Positions 1 through 12,104 of a stretch of DNA of 64,000 nucleotides are shown here, in pieces (position 1 is the first letter of the stretch; the number at the start of each line of letters is the position of its first letter). The position numbers and the translations under genes were made by a program. The notes under the pieces were generated by a model. It made no database searches. It was not told the DNA's origin and saw only the letters and a list, made by a program, of their open reading frames with translations. This DNA is from Macrostomum lignano (taxonomy: Eukaryota): the NCBI GenBank assembly GCA_002269645.1, contig NIVC01002170.1, positions 30,389 through 94,388 of the forward strand, written 5' to 3'.

Positions 1-1447
1 GTGATAAAAACGTTTTTTTGTATCTCCGCGGTGTATTTTTCCAGCAAATGGGCTCCCTAAAATACACAATCTTTGAGTTTTACATCCTATCATCAGTAGT
101 CCTTTTGGTACTGTTTACATAAAGTTTAATCTGATGCAACACTATATATTCTGTAAAAAATGATATATATATAAGTTCATGTACAAGTGACTATTTAATT
201 AATCTATAAAAATACGTTAGAAAAAGAGAAGTCAGAATAGTATCTTAAAAAGTCTACCGTAGTTTGTATTAATATTAACGTGCGCACTGAGTTTGTTTTA
301 TTTTTTATCACGAAAACTTTTTAAGCGCCGGACAAACGATAATTGGACCTAATGGTTTGGATATTACAGTATTAAATATACTTAAATAAATCTGCATCTC
401 AATTGTCAAGTCTTCAAAATGAAGTGCTTACACAAGTTTATCGGGTGATCTCTCTCAATTGGACTTTTTTTATTTGCTTTGAAACATCTCAACTAGAAAT
501 GAATAGGCCTATAATGGTGTTAATTACTGAATAATTACTGAATCACTGAATAACTGAATAATTACTGAACTGAAGAAAAATCATAGTATCAAAGTTGTTA
601 GTTATGACAAATGGTGTTAATTAAACTAAAAATTATTTTTTTCTAGATTTTTCAGTACTTGATTATTGCTAATTAGCCATAAATGAATAAACTGCTACTG
701 CTTGTCCAGATGTTGTATCCAAAATAGTTAATGAATATTTTATAGTATTTTAAATTTAAATCAATGAACCAGACAGTAATTTTAGACATTTTATTTATAA
801 TATTGTTATAGAAGTGTTAAGTCTAACCAAACACAATCTTTCTTATTTTAAATATTAATAAAAAATTGTCTATGGTGAGAACTTGCTTGGCATAACTTTG
901 GTTTTTCACTCTAAATTATTTTCTAGATTTTTTCAAACTTTTATAGTATATAAGATTTAAACATAAAAAGTAAAGTCACAGAATAAAAAAGTCAATAAGT
1001 CCCATATAGTATTCCAAAGCAGGAAAGTGTAGCAGTTGATAAGTTGCCTATCTGTAAATTCCAGAAAATAACCCAGAATGCCAAAGAATAATAATGCTAG
1101 AAAAAAAACAGAAAATAATATTTAAAGTGAGAGATCAAAGTTATGCTAATAAATTAAGATATTATAATCAATACTTTCTTCATTTTTTACTATTATTATA
1201 GTTTATACTTTTAAAATAATTTATAATTATCTACTAGAAAGAATGCCTAACTAGAGTATTCATTATATTATATACTAGACAATTATTTGAGTTTTATAAT
1301 AAAAAACAAAAATTATAATTTTGTGATAGGCCTTTTGGCTCTGTCTTTCTAAACTCATAACTATTGATGCTAGTATTTATTAAATATCCTACAAGCTGCC
1401 ACCAAAGTTGTAACAGGGCTAATTATCTTCTACTTTATCAATTTTAA

Positions 1448-1560
1448 TCCTATATACTAAAAATGAGTTGTCTGTATCTATCTATCTATCTAGCTATGCG
1501 ATAGATTTCAGAAATATTGGCTCAACCGATTTTCTTTAAACTTGCACTATTCGATCAAAA
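1448..1560 (+). mobile_element. Possible 5' end of a non-autonomous Helitron-like element
   Basis: A|TC start, TCCTATATACTAAAAATGAGTTGTCTG, then a (TATC)n microsatellite and CAACCGATTTTCTTTAAACTT. Layout resembles invertebrate non-autonomous Helitron 5' ends. No 3' CTAG/hairpin confidently found. Confidence 0.3.
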
Positions 1561-1935
1561 ATTTTCCTGGGACGGTACATGCATCTTGGCTAAGAAATTG
1601 CTCTATGTTAAAAGGGATTAAATATTCGAAAAACATGCTTTTTTGCAAAGGTCAAGCAAAATTTCTGACTTGAAATGCATTTTAAGAATACTAGAGAAAA
1701 AACTGACTGGCTGAATTTCAATTCTGATAAAGATTGCATCACAACAAGGTGAAAACACTGCCACAGAAATGCGCACAAGACTTGATTAAAATTGCGTAAC
1801 CATATTGCTAACTTAAATTAAGACTGATACTGGCTGACTGAGAAATTGATTATGTCATAACTTTTTACTCTAACTGACTTGCTATAAGTATTGAATTATA
1901 AGGGCCACAATTCATGTGCTCCAATTGAAAAAAGA

Positions 1936-1993
1936 TAGCCTAGATGTGAACAGACTGGACTGCTAATGTAGCGACCTGGGTTCAAATCTTGGT
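1936..1993 (+). mobile_element. Degenerate tRNA-derived (Ser-GCT-like) SINE head or tRNA pseudogene fragment
   Basis: A-box-like TAGCCTAGATG, GGACTGCTAAT (tRNA-Ser GCT-like anticodon arm) and B-box-like GGGTTCAAATC. No intact cloverleaf. Confidence 0.25.
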
Positions 1994-2059
1994 AGCGCAA
2001 AATGATTTTTTATTAAAACACCTTAAAAGCAAAAAACTGCTAAACATAAAAGAAGCGCA

Positions 2060-3010
2060 ATGTAAAACATACAAGAGCCACCATGTCAAACATTAAAGAG
2101 CCACCATGTCGAACATAAAACAGACACCATTAAGAACATAAAAGAGCCACCATGTCAAACATTAAAGAGCCATCATGTCAAACATTAAAGAGCCACCATT
2201 TCAAACATTAAAGAGCCACCATGTCAAACATAAAACAGACACCATTAAGAACATAAAAGAGCCACCATGTCGAACATTAAAGAGCCACCATGTCAAACAT
2301 AAAAGAGCCACCATGTCAAACATTAAAGAGCCAACATGTCAGACATTAAAAGCCACTGTATCAAACATAAAAGAGTTACCATGTAGAACAAAAAAGAGCC
2401 ACCATGTCGAACAAAAAAGAGCCACCATAAAGAACACTAAAGAGCCACCATGTCAAACATTTAGAAGCCATGTTAAAGATTTAAGAGCCACCATGTCAAA
2501 GATTAAAAAGCCACCATGTCAAACAAGCCACCATTTTGAACATTAAAGAGCCACCATGTCGAACATTAAAGAGCCACCATGTCAAACATAAAAGAGCCAC
2601 CATGTCAAACATTAAAGAGCCAACATGTCAGACATTAAAAGCCACCGTATCAAACATAAAAGAGTTACCATGTAGAACAAAAAAGAGCCACCATGTCGAA
2701 CAAAAAAGAGCCACCATAAAGAACACTAAAGAGCCACCATGTCAAACATTTAGAAGCCATGTTAAAGATTTAAGAGCCACCATGTCAAAGATTAAAAAGC
2801 CACCATGTCAAACAAGCCACCATTTTGAACATTAAAGAGCCACCATGTCGAACATTAAAGAGCCACCATGTTGAACATTAAAGAGCCACCATGTCGAACA
2901 TTAAAGAGGCACCATGTCTAACATTAAAGAGCCACCATGTCTAACATTAAAGAGCCACCATGTCTAACATTAAAAAGCCACCATGTCAAACATTAAAGAG
3001 CCTCCAAGTC
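2060..3010. repeat. Minisatellite, ~23-bp unit AAAGAGCCACCATGTCAAACATT, with an internal 289-bp higher-order duplication
   Basis: Directly visible. ORFs 2175 and 2536 share an identical block offset by 289 nt and are repeat artefacts. Confidence 0.95.
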
Positions 3011-3159
3011 AAACATAAGAGACGCAGTTTCAAATGTAAAAAGAAGCGTCATGCCAATCACAAAGGAGCCATTATAAAGCTAAGGAAATTGTTGCACTTG
3101 CTACTTATTGTCCGGTGGATGCTTGCTATTTAAGGATCAATACTTGCTATCAATTGGTT

Positions 3160-3770
3160 GCTCGCTATCTGGGGTGCTTGCTATCTGGGGGTGCTTGCTA
3201 TCTGGGGGTGCTTGCTATCTGGGGGTGCTTGCTATCTGGGGGTGCTTGCTATCTGGGGGTGCTTGCTAGCTGGGGGTGCTTGCTATCTGGGGTGCTTGCT
3301 ATCTGGGGTGCTTGCTATCTGGGGGTGCTTGCTATCTGGGGGTGCTTGCTATCTGGGGGTGCTTGCTATCTGGGGGTGCTTGCTAGCTGGGGGTGCTTGC
3401 TATCTGGGGGATGCTTGCTATCTGGGAGAGCCTGCTATCTGGGGGTGCTTGCTATCTGGGAGAGCCTGCTAACTGGGGGTGCTTGCTATCTGGGGGATGC
3501 TTGCTATCTGGGAGAGCCTGCTATCTGGGGGTGCTTGCTATCTGGGAGAGCCTGCTAACTGGGGGTGCTTGCTATCTGGGGATGCCTGCTATCTGGGGGG
3601 TGCTTGCTATCTAGGGGTGCTTGCTAACTGGGGGTGCCTGCTATCTGGGGGTGCTTGCTATCTGGGGGTGCTTGCTAACTGGGGGTGCTTGCTATCTGGG
3701 GGTGCTTGCTAACTGGGGGTGCTTGCTATCTGGGGGTGCTTGCTATCTGTAGGTGCTTGCTATCTGGGGG
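3160..3770. repeat. Minisatellite, 16-17-bp unit GGGGGTGCTTGCTATCT
   Basis: Directly visible tandem array; the overlapping ORFs are repeat translations. Confidence 0.95.
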
Positions 3771-4059
3771 GATCCTTGCTGTCTTAGGATGTTTTCTTTT
3801 TGCATTGCACTTCATCTGAGCAGTTTTTCTATTGACTATGTGAGGGCTTTGTTTGGCCATCTTATTGATACTTGTAGAGAACAGAGATTCTATCTAGATG
3901 TCCCCCATTGGGGGGCGAAGATTGCTAGTAATCCCACTAAATGCCACCAAGTTGTACAGGTGTTGTTCCTGTCTGCTAACTAGTTTATCTTAATTGCACT
4001 TCTATTTTCACTCCTTAACTGTTTCTTAGAATTCATTTGAATATACTGGTAGCATTTTA

Positions 4060-4180
4060 TGTATTAGTCTGGTAGCATCTTATGTATGAGTCTGGTAGCA
4101 TCTTATGTATTAGTCTGGTAGCATCTTATATATTAGTCTGGTAGCGTCTTATGTATTAGTCTGGTAGTGTCTTATGTATG
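4060..4180. repeat. Short tandem array, 23-bp unit AGTCTGGTAGCATCTTATGTATT (~5 copies)
   Basis: Directly visible. Confidence 0.85.
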
Positions 4181-5358
4181 GCCTGAGCAGTCTAGTACTG
4201 GTACATGAACTTATCAGATTGTCCTAGTTGGGCGTTCACCGGGATTAGAGGGTCACAGCACAACTCTCTGAATTTCCTCCCAATCCCTTCTCTTAGCAAT
4301 TTTCTGAGCATTGTTACTCTCTCTTTCCTCAAAATAACTAACTCAATAAGATTTCAAAGTTAATCTGAGAATATAGAATGAACCAATATTATAGCGCACA
4401 AATATTTCAAGAGCAAGAAAATGTTACTTTTATTTGGGCAAAATTCACTCGTATATATACTGTTTAGATGGCTATGTTTATAACAAAAATTATTTGTCAA
4501 TAATATTTTGCATACTAAAACAAAATGGTGAGTTTACTTTTAGTTTGTGCGCGAATTCAATGTGACTATTATTAAACTATTTTTACTTGTATAAATCGCA
4601 ATAATATAACAGCACTATCATTGTAGATGTTCATTAGGCACATAGAAATACTAAAAACTTATAGGAAGTACAGGCTAGCACAATTTATTAGGCTAATCCA
4701 GTAGCAAAACTCGAAATTTTTGAGAGGGGGCATATTATAAAAGGTAAAGACCTAAGGGAGAGGAGCAGAACACCAGAAGGGATGGCTTTGTATTTTGGCA
4801 AAAATTATTTTGGTCCTCCCTTTGATTTTTTCTGGTCTTTACTTAAGGGAAAAGTGACTGCCTTCCTACCTCTCCTTTAGTTGATCCACTGGGCTAATCA
4901 ATTAGTTGTTTGCTATTGATAACTTTAGTGTCTAAGTTTTTTCATATTTTGATTTTATTTTATGTATATCACAAAATTTTTGTCTATTTGCTCACTTCTA
5001 TTTTTTTATCAGAACTGATAAAAAATATATGTCAAATATGCTTAAATATATGAGTATCTTATAATTAAAGTTTATAGTAAAAGCTAATATTGTAATATTA
5101 CTTACTTTATACACTTTTGTTGCTACACTTTATATATGAGTCATGATAATAAAAATGACTGCCATTTGATAGACAGCTACAGGTTTTTTTGCCAATAGTC
5201 TTTAATTTCTTAGTTTTAAGTTTACTGATTCTATTTTTAAGCAGAAAGCTATTGGATAAGAATTATTTTATGCTTTAGTGCATAGACTGCCAACAAGGTC
5301 AATGACAAGGTAGTAGAAGATTAGTTATTCCCATTTATCCCATATTATCCCACTAGGG

Positions 5359-6528
5359 CAGGGCTTGACAAACTTCGGCCTGCGGGCCACATGCGGCCTG
5401 TGAAGCTTCTCAATCTGGCCCTCGGGTCCTTTGAAACTTCACAATAGCAATCTAGCCTGCTCAAGTTTATGTCTCTTCTCATGCAGTTCTTTCTCTTTCT
5501 CTTGTCTCTTCTCTCTCCCCGGCTCTGATCTTCTATCTCTCCTCATTTCTCTCTCCTCTTCTATCTCTCCTCATTTCTCTCTCCTCTTCTATCTCTCCTC
5601 ATTTCTCTCTCCTCTTCTATCTCTCCTCATTTCTCTCTCCTCATTTCTCTCTCCTCTTCTATCTCTCCTCATTTCTCTCTCCTCTTCTATCTCTCCTCAT
5701 TTCTCTCTCCTCTTCTATCTCTCCTCATTTCTCTCTCCTCATTTCTCTCTCCTCTTCTATCTCTCCTCATTTCTCTCTCCTCATTTCTCTCTCCTCATTT
5801 CTCTCTCCTCATTTCTCTCTCCTCTTCTATCTCTCCTCATTTCTCTCTCCTCTTCTATCTCTCCTCATTTCTCTCTCCTCTTCTATCTCTCCTCATTTCT
5901 CTCTCCTCTTCTATCTCTCCTCATTTCTCTCTCCTCATTTCTCTCTCCTCTTCTATCTCTCCTCATTTCTCTCTCCTCTTCTATCTCTCCTCATTTCTCT
6001 CTCCTCTTCTATCTCTCCTCATTTCTCTCTCCTCATTTCTCTCTCCTCTTCTATCTCTCCTCATTTCTCTCTCCTCTTCTATCTCTCCTCATTTCTCTCT
6101 CCTCTTCTATCTCTCCTCATTTCTCTCTCCTCTTCTATCTCTCCTCATTTCTCTCTCCTCTTCTATCTCTCCTCATTTCTCTCTCCTCATTTCTCTCTCC
6201 TCTTCTATCTCTCCTCATTTCTCTCTCCTCTTCTATCTCTCCTCATTTCTCTCTCCTCTTCTATCTCTCCTCATTTCTCTCTCCTCTCTCCCGTATCTCC
6301 TCTCTGTCTCCCCTCTCCTCGTCCTCTCTCCTCGCTCTCCTCTTTCCCATTCTCTTCTCTCCCTCCTCTTCTCTCCCCTCTCTACCTTCTCTACTCTCCC
6401 ATTTTCTCTCATCTCACCTATCATCTTTTATCCTTTCTACTTTTCTCTCTCATTTCCTTTCCATGGCCCGCAGCCATGAGCTGTATTTTCTATCGGGCAC
6501 TTGGGGGTAAAAAGTTTGCCGACCCCTG
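5359..6528. mobile_element. Non-autonomous hAT-type MITE with an expanded internal CT-rich minisatellite
   Basis: TIRs CAGGGCTTGACAAACTT / AAGTTTGCCGACCCCTG. Perfect 8-bp TSD CACTAGGG at 5351-5358 and 6529-6536. 8-bp TSD with CAGGGGT-type ends is typical of hAT (Charlie-like) elements. Confidence 0.85.
5500..6440. repeat. CT-rich 14-bp minisatellite (CTCTCCTCTTCTAT / CTCTCCTCATTTCT) inside the MITE
   Basis: Directly visible. The 359-aa Ser/Leu ORF is an artefact. Confidence 0.95.
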
Positions 6529-6696
6529 CACTAGGGTCTAATGAGACTTTGAGATATAGAATATTTTTGATGACTCTATAATCATTGCCAGTCTAATAGA
6601 GTAAAATTGCCACTCTTATACGTCACTTTTATTTCAGGACTTAGTTGACAGGACTAAGTTTAAGCTCTACTTGGTTTCAACAGCCCAGCCAAGCCA

Positions 6697-9600
6697 ATGC
6701 TGCCAGTAACATTTCGCTACCGCCGCTATCTTGGCTGGCGCAAGCACTGGCTATATGGTTTGCTATTAGCGGCATTTATATTTGCAATTGTCTACCTGCT
6801 ACATGGCGGCGGCTATCGGGACAGGCTGGCAAACCAAAGGGATTGGCCAACTGTTCAAGCTGCTTTGTCAGCAACACCATGGGAGCTGCCGGACAATGAC
6901 CAGCTGGTGCTGTCAGGCCCCGGCAGTCGGCACTATCCAGCAACTTTGAATGCGTCCAAGTCTGGCGTTGCAGAACTGCTGCAGAATCCCATGAAACTCG
7001 ATGAGCTGCGCTCCAATGTCAGGAAGACGCTCAGCTATCTAAGCCACTTGGCTAAACCGTCCGAATTTGATGCCAACGCTGGCAGCTGCATGTGTGGCCG
7101 AATTGCCGAGCCGTGCAACTGCTGCGCCAGGCTGACGGCCGACCGGCTTCGGCTCGGACAGACTGCCTGCGTGCAGTTCGCCTATCTGGTGCATCGGCAG
7201 GCCATGAGAACCCGGCTGTTGCTGGCCGGGTCCATACTGGTATGGGGACTGGCTGCTTCTGTGCTGCATCGCGTGGAGAACTAGGTAGCTTAGTCTGAGG
7301 ATAGGCCAGGAGAATCGGGTAGCTTAGTCTGAGGATAGGCCAGGAGAATCGGGTAGCTTAGTCTGAGGATAGGCCAGGAGAATCCGGTAGCTTAGTCTGA
7401 GGATAGGCCAGGAGAATCGGGTAGCTTAGTCTGAGGATAGGCCAGGAGAATCGGGTAGCTTAGTCTGAGGATAGGCCAGGAGAATCGGGTAGCTTAGTCT
7501 GAGGATAGGCCAGGAGAAATGGGTAGCTTAGTCTGAGGATAGGCCAGGAGAATCCGGTAGCTTAGTCTGAGGATAGGCCAGGAGAACTGGGTAGCTTAGT
7601 CTGAGGATAGGCCAGGAGAATCGGGTAGCTTAGTCTGAGGATAGGCCAGGAGAATCCGGTAGCTTAGTCTGAGGATAGGCCAGGAGAATCGGGTAGCTTA
7701 GTCTGAGGATAGGCCAGGAGAATCGGGTAGCTTAGTCTGAGGATAGGCCAGGAGAATCCGGTAGCTTAGTCTGAGGATAGGCCAGGAGAATCGGGTAGCT
7801 TAGTCTGAGGATAGGCCAGGAGAATCGGGTAGCTTAGTCTGAGGATAGGCCAGGAGAATCCGGTAGCTTAGTCTGAGGATAGGCCAGGAGAATCGGGTAG
7901 CTTAGTCTGAGGATAGGCCAGGAGAATCGGGTAGCTTAGTCTGAGGATAGGCCAGGAGAATCCGGTAGCTTAGTCTGAGGATAGGCCAGGAGAATCGGGT
8001 AGCTTAGTCTGAGGATAGGCCAGGAGAATCGGGTAGCTTAGTCTGAGGATAGGCCAGGAGAAATGGGTAGCTTAGTCTGAGGATAGGCCAGGAGAAATGG
8101 GTAGCTTAGTCTGAGGATAGGCCAGGAGAATCGGGTAGCTTAGTCTGAGGATAGGCCAGGAGAATCGGTAGCTTAGTCTGAGGATAGGCCAGGAGAATCG
8201 GGTAGCTTAGTCTGAGGATAGGCCAGGAGAATCGGGTAGCTTAGTCTGAGGATAGGCCAGGAGAATCGGGTAGCTTAGTCTGAGGATAGGCCAGGAGAAC
8301 TGGGTAGCTTAGTCTGAGGATAGGCCAGGAGAACTGGGTAGCTTAGTCTGAGGATAGGCCAGGAGAATCGGTAGCTTAGTCTGAGGATAGGCCAGGAGAA
8401 TCGGGTAGCTTAGTCTGAGGATAGGCCAGGAGAAATGGGTAGCTTAGTCTGAGGATAGGCCAGGAGAATCCGGTAGCTTAGTCTGAGGATAGGCCAGGAG
8501 AACTGGGTAGCTTAGTCTGAGGATAGGCCAGGAGAATCGGGTAGCTTAGTCTGAGGATAGGCCAGGAGAATCCGGTAGCTTAGTCTGAGGATAGGCCAGG
8601 AGAATCGGGTAGCTTAGTCTGAGGATAGGCCAGGAGAATCGGGTAGCTTAGTCTGAGGATAGGCCAGGAGAATCCGGTAGCTTAGTCTGAGGATAGGCCA
8701 GGAGAATCGGGTAGCTTAGTCTGAGGATAGGCCAGGAGAATCGGGTAGCTTAGTCTGAGGATAGGCCAGGAGAATCCGGTAGCTTAGTCTGAGGATAGGC
8801 CAGGAGAATCGGGTAGCTTAGTCTGAGGATAGGCCAGGAGAATCGGGTAGCTTAGTCTGAGGATAGGCCAGGAGAATCCGGTAGCTTAGTCTGAGGATAG
8901 GCCAGGAGAATCGGGTAGCTTAGTCTGAGGATAGGCCAGGAGAATCGGGTAGCTTAGTCTGAGGATAGGCCAGGAGAAATGGGTAGCTTAGTCTGAGGAT
9001 AGGCCAGGAGAAATGGGTAGCTTAGTCTGAGGATAGGCCAGGAGAACTGGGTAGCTTAGTCTGAGGATAGGCCAGGAGAATCGGTAGCTTAGTCTGAGGA
9101 TAGGCCAGGAGAATCGGGTAGCTTAGTCTGAGGATAGGCCAGGAGAATCGGGTAGCTTAGTCTGAGGATAGGCCAGGAGAATCGGGTAGCTTAGTCTGAG
9201 GATAGGCCAGGAGAACTGGGTAGCTTAGTCTGAGGATAGGCCAGGAGAACTGGGTAGCTTAGTCTGAGGATAGGCCAGGAGAATCGGTAGCTTAGTCTGA
9301 GGATAGGCCAGGAGAATCGGGTAGCTTAGTCTGAGGATAGGCCAGGAGAATCGGGTAGCTTAGTCTGAGGATAGGCCAGGAGAATCGGGTAGCTTAGTCT
9401 GAGGATAGGCCAGGAGAATCGGGTAGCTTAGTCTGAGGATAGGCCAGGAGAAATGGGTAGCTTAGTCTGAGGATAGGCCAGGAGAACTGGGTAGCTTAGT
9501 CTGAGGATAGGCCAGGAGAATCGGTAGCTTAGTCTGAGGATAGGCCAGGAGAATCGGGTAGCTTAGTCTGAGGATAGGCCAGGAGAATCGGGTAGCTTAG

Positions 9601-11478
9601 TCTGAGGATAGGCCAGGAGAATCGGGTAGCTTAGTCTGAGGATAGGCCAGGAGAAATGGGTAGCTTAGTCTGAGGATAGGCCAGGAGAATCCGGTAGCTT
9701 AGTCTGAGGATAGGCCAGGAGAACTGGGTAGCTTAGTCTGAGGATAGGCCAGGAGAACTGGGTAGCTTAGTCTGAGGATAGGCCAGGAGAATCGGTAGCT
9801 TAGTCTGAGGATAGGCCAGGAGAATCGGGTAGCTTAGTCTGAGGATAGGCCAGGAGAATCGGGTAGCTTAGTCTGAGGATAGGCCAGGAGAACTGGGTAG
9901 CTTAGTCTGAGGATAGGCCAGGAGAATCGGTAGCTTAGTCTGAGGATAGGCCAGGAGAATCGGGTAGCTTAGTCTGAGGATAGGCCAGGAGAATCGGGTA
10001 GCTTAGTCTGAGGATAGGCCAGGAGAATCGGTAGCTTAGTCTGAGGATAGGCCAGGAGAATCGGGTAGCTTAGTCTGAGGATAGGCCAGGAGAATCGGTA
10101 GCTTAGTCTGAGGATAGGCCAGGAGAATCGGGTAGATTTCGGGTAGATCGGGTAGATTTGAACACAGGCTGGTAGATTTGAACACAGGTTGGTAGATTTG
10201 AACACAGGCTGGTAGATTTGAACACAGGTTGGTAGATTCGAACACAGGTTGGTAGATTTGAACACAGGTTGGTAGATTTGAACACAGGTTGGTAGATTTG
10301 AACACAGGTTGGTAGATTGGAACACAGGCTGGTAGATTGGACCACAGGCTGGTAGATTTGAACACAGGTTGGTAGATTTAACACAGGTTGGTAGATTTGG
10401 AACCACAGGCTGGTAGATTGGACCACAGGCTGGTAGATTGGACCACAGGCTCGTAGATTTGAACACAGGTTGGTAGATTTGAACACAGGTTGGTAGATTT
10501 GAACACAGGTTGGTAGATTGGACCACAGGCTGGTAGATTGGACCACAGGCTGCTAGATTGGACCACAGGCTGGTAGATTTGAACACAGGTTGGTAGATTT
10601 AAACACAGGTTGGTAGATTGGACCACAGGCTGGTAGATTGGACCACAGGCTGGTAGATTGGACCACAGGCTGGTAGATTTGAACACAGGTTGGTAGATTT
10701 AAACACAGGTTGGTAGATTGGACCACAGGCTGGTAGATTGGACCACAGGCTGGTAGATTGGACCACAGGCTCGTAGATTTGAACACAGGTTGGTAGATTT
10801 GAACACAGGTTGGTAGATTTGAACACAGGTTGGTAGATTGGACCACAGGCTGGTAGATTGGACCACAGGCTGGTAGATTGACACAGGCTGGTAGATTTGA
10901 ACACAGGTTGGTAGATTTAAACACAGGCTGGTAGATTTGAACACAGGCTGGTAGATTTGAACACAGGTTGGTAGATTTGAACACAGGTTGGTAGATTTGA
11001 ACACAGGCTGGTAGATTTGAACACAGGCTGGTAGATTTGAACACAGGTTGGTAGATTTGAACACAGGTTGGTAGATTTGAACACAGGTTGGTAGATTTGA
11101 ACACAGGTTGGTAGACTTAAACACCCGCCGTCCGCCCAGGTGGATAAGCTGCTGTCCGCCGCCAGCATGCCGTCGGCCCTGTGCGCAGGCGAGCACCAGC
11201 CCCGCCTGGAACTGTGCGCCAGATTTCGCAACGCATCCTACACTGTGCAGATTCACTCCAGGCACAAGACTAGGCTATCTGGCTGTATTGAACTATTAGT
11301 TAATCTGGCGAATACAACTATTTATGCTTATCCGTTGGGCTGTTTCAACGCCGAGGGTCCCAGCGACTCAGCTGCGGAGTCGGCGGCTGAAAGCGGCAGG
11401 AGCGCCAACGCCAAGGTCGGGCGGCCCAAACACGCGGCCGCTGGCCACAATTTGCACATGGACAATTGGGTGCCTTGA
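6697..11478 (+). CDS. Type II membrane protein with DUF4773-like Cys-rich domain; join(6697..7239,11140..11478), 293 aa
   Basis: N-terminal signal anchor WLYGLLLAAFIFAIVYLL. Exon 1 has CxC..CxCC..C..YL and exon 2 has P..LC..LELC.RF.N...LSGCIEL...YPLGCF, together resembling the DUF4773 pattern. Phase-0 donor CTG|GTATGG and acceptor CCCAG|GTG join LLLAGSIL-VDKLLS. Confidence 0.8.
7284..10129. repeat. Intronic minisatellite, 34-bp unit GGGTAGCTTAGTCTGAGGATAGGCCAGGAGAATC (~84 copies)
   Basis: Directly visible, highly homogeneous; variation confined to the AATC/AACT/AAAT linker. Confidence 0.98.
10130..11123. repeat. Intronic minisatellite, 20-bp unit GGTAGATTTGAACACAGGTT (~49 copies)
   Basis: Directly visible; abuts the 34-bp array and ends ~16 nt before the acceptor. 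Confidence 0.98.
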
Positions 11479-12104
11479 GTGCTCAGCTCATTTTTTGCAT
11501 ACGAGTTGCTTGTCTCTTTTAACCGGATTGGAAAATCAATAAGATTGATAATCGTAAATCTATAGAAAGGTGTCAGCACAGTAAAAGCTTTCATTTAAAG
11601 TTGATGCTCACTTGCCTACTTTCTACTCGGTACTCAGTAGCAAGTAGAGAAAATCGCTATCATTTTTGTCTGCTGGAAGCAACTATTAAGCTGTTATTTT
11701 TATTAAGTCAGGAACAAAATAGTAGCAAATACTACTGACTTGACAGTAGTGTAAAAGAGTATGCGAATTGTGAGAAAACTATAGATATTAATATTAATAT
11801 TATTCTAATGCATGCTCCACTGTATTAAACATCAGTTAGAGAATTTATTTTCTGAGATAATATCTGAGTTTTGCTTATTTTATTTTGTCAACTGCTTCTT
11901 TGTGCATTTTTCTTTTCTATTTTTAATTTCAAAAACCTCTATGTTGCTAAGCTATCTTTTTTGTCGACCTGTTTTTTCTGCTACTGCGCAGGTCTATGAA
12001 AAATTAACAACTTCTAGTAGCTAAAACCCAAAATAGTGCAACTGTTACCTGTTAACCAACATTCAATTGTTTTTATATTTTACTGCGAGTCAAACTGCGA
12101 ATGA

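Noticed and set aside
4689-4895. Possible old CAGT-ended MITE
   Set aside because: Terminal match is too short and degenerate, and no TSD was found.
5431-6510. 359-aa Ser/Leu-rich membrane protein
   Set aside because: CT minisatellite within a TSD-flanked MITE.
7284-10129. CRISPR-like array (34-bp repeat)
   Set aside because: Units are head-to-tail with no unique spacers, there are no cas genes, and the context is a eukaryotic intron.
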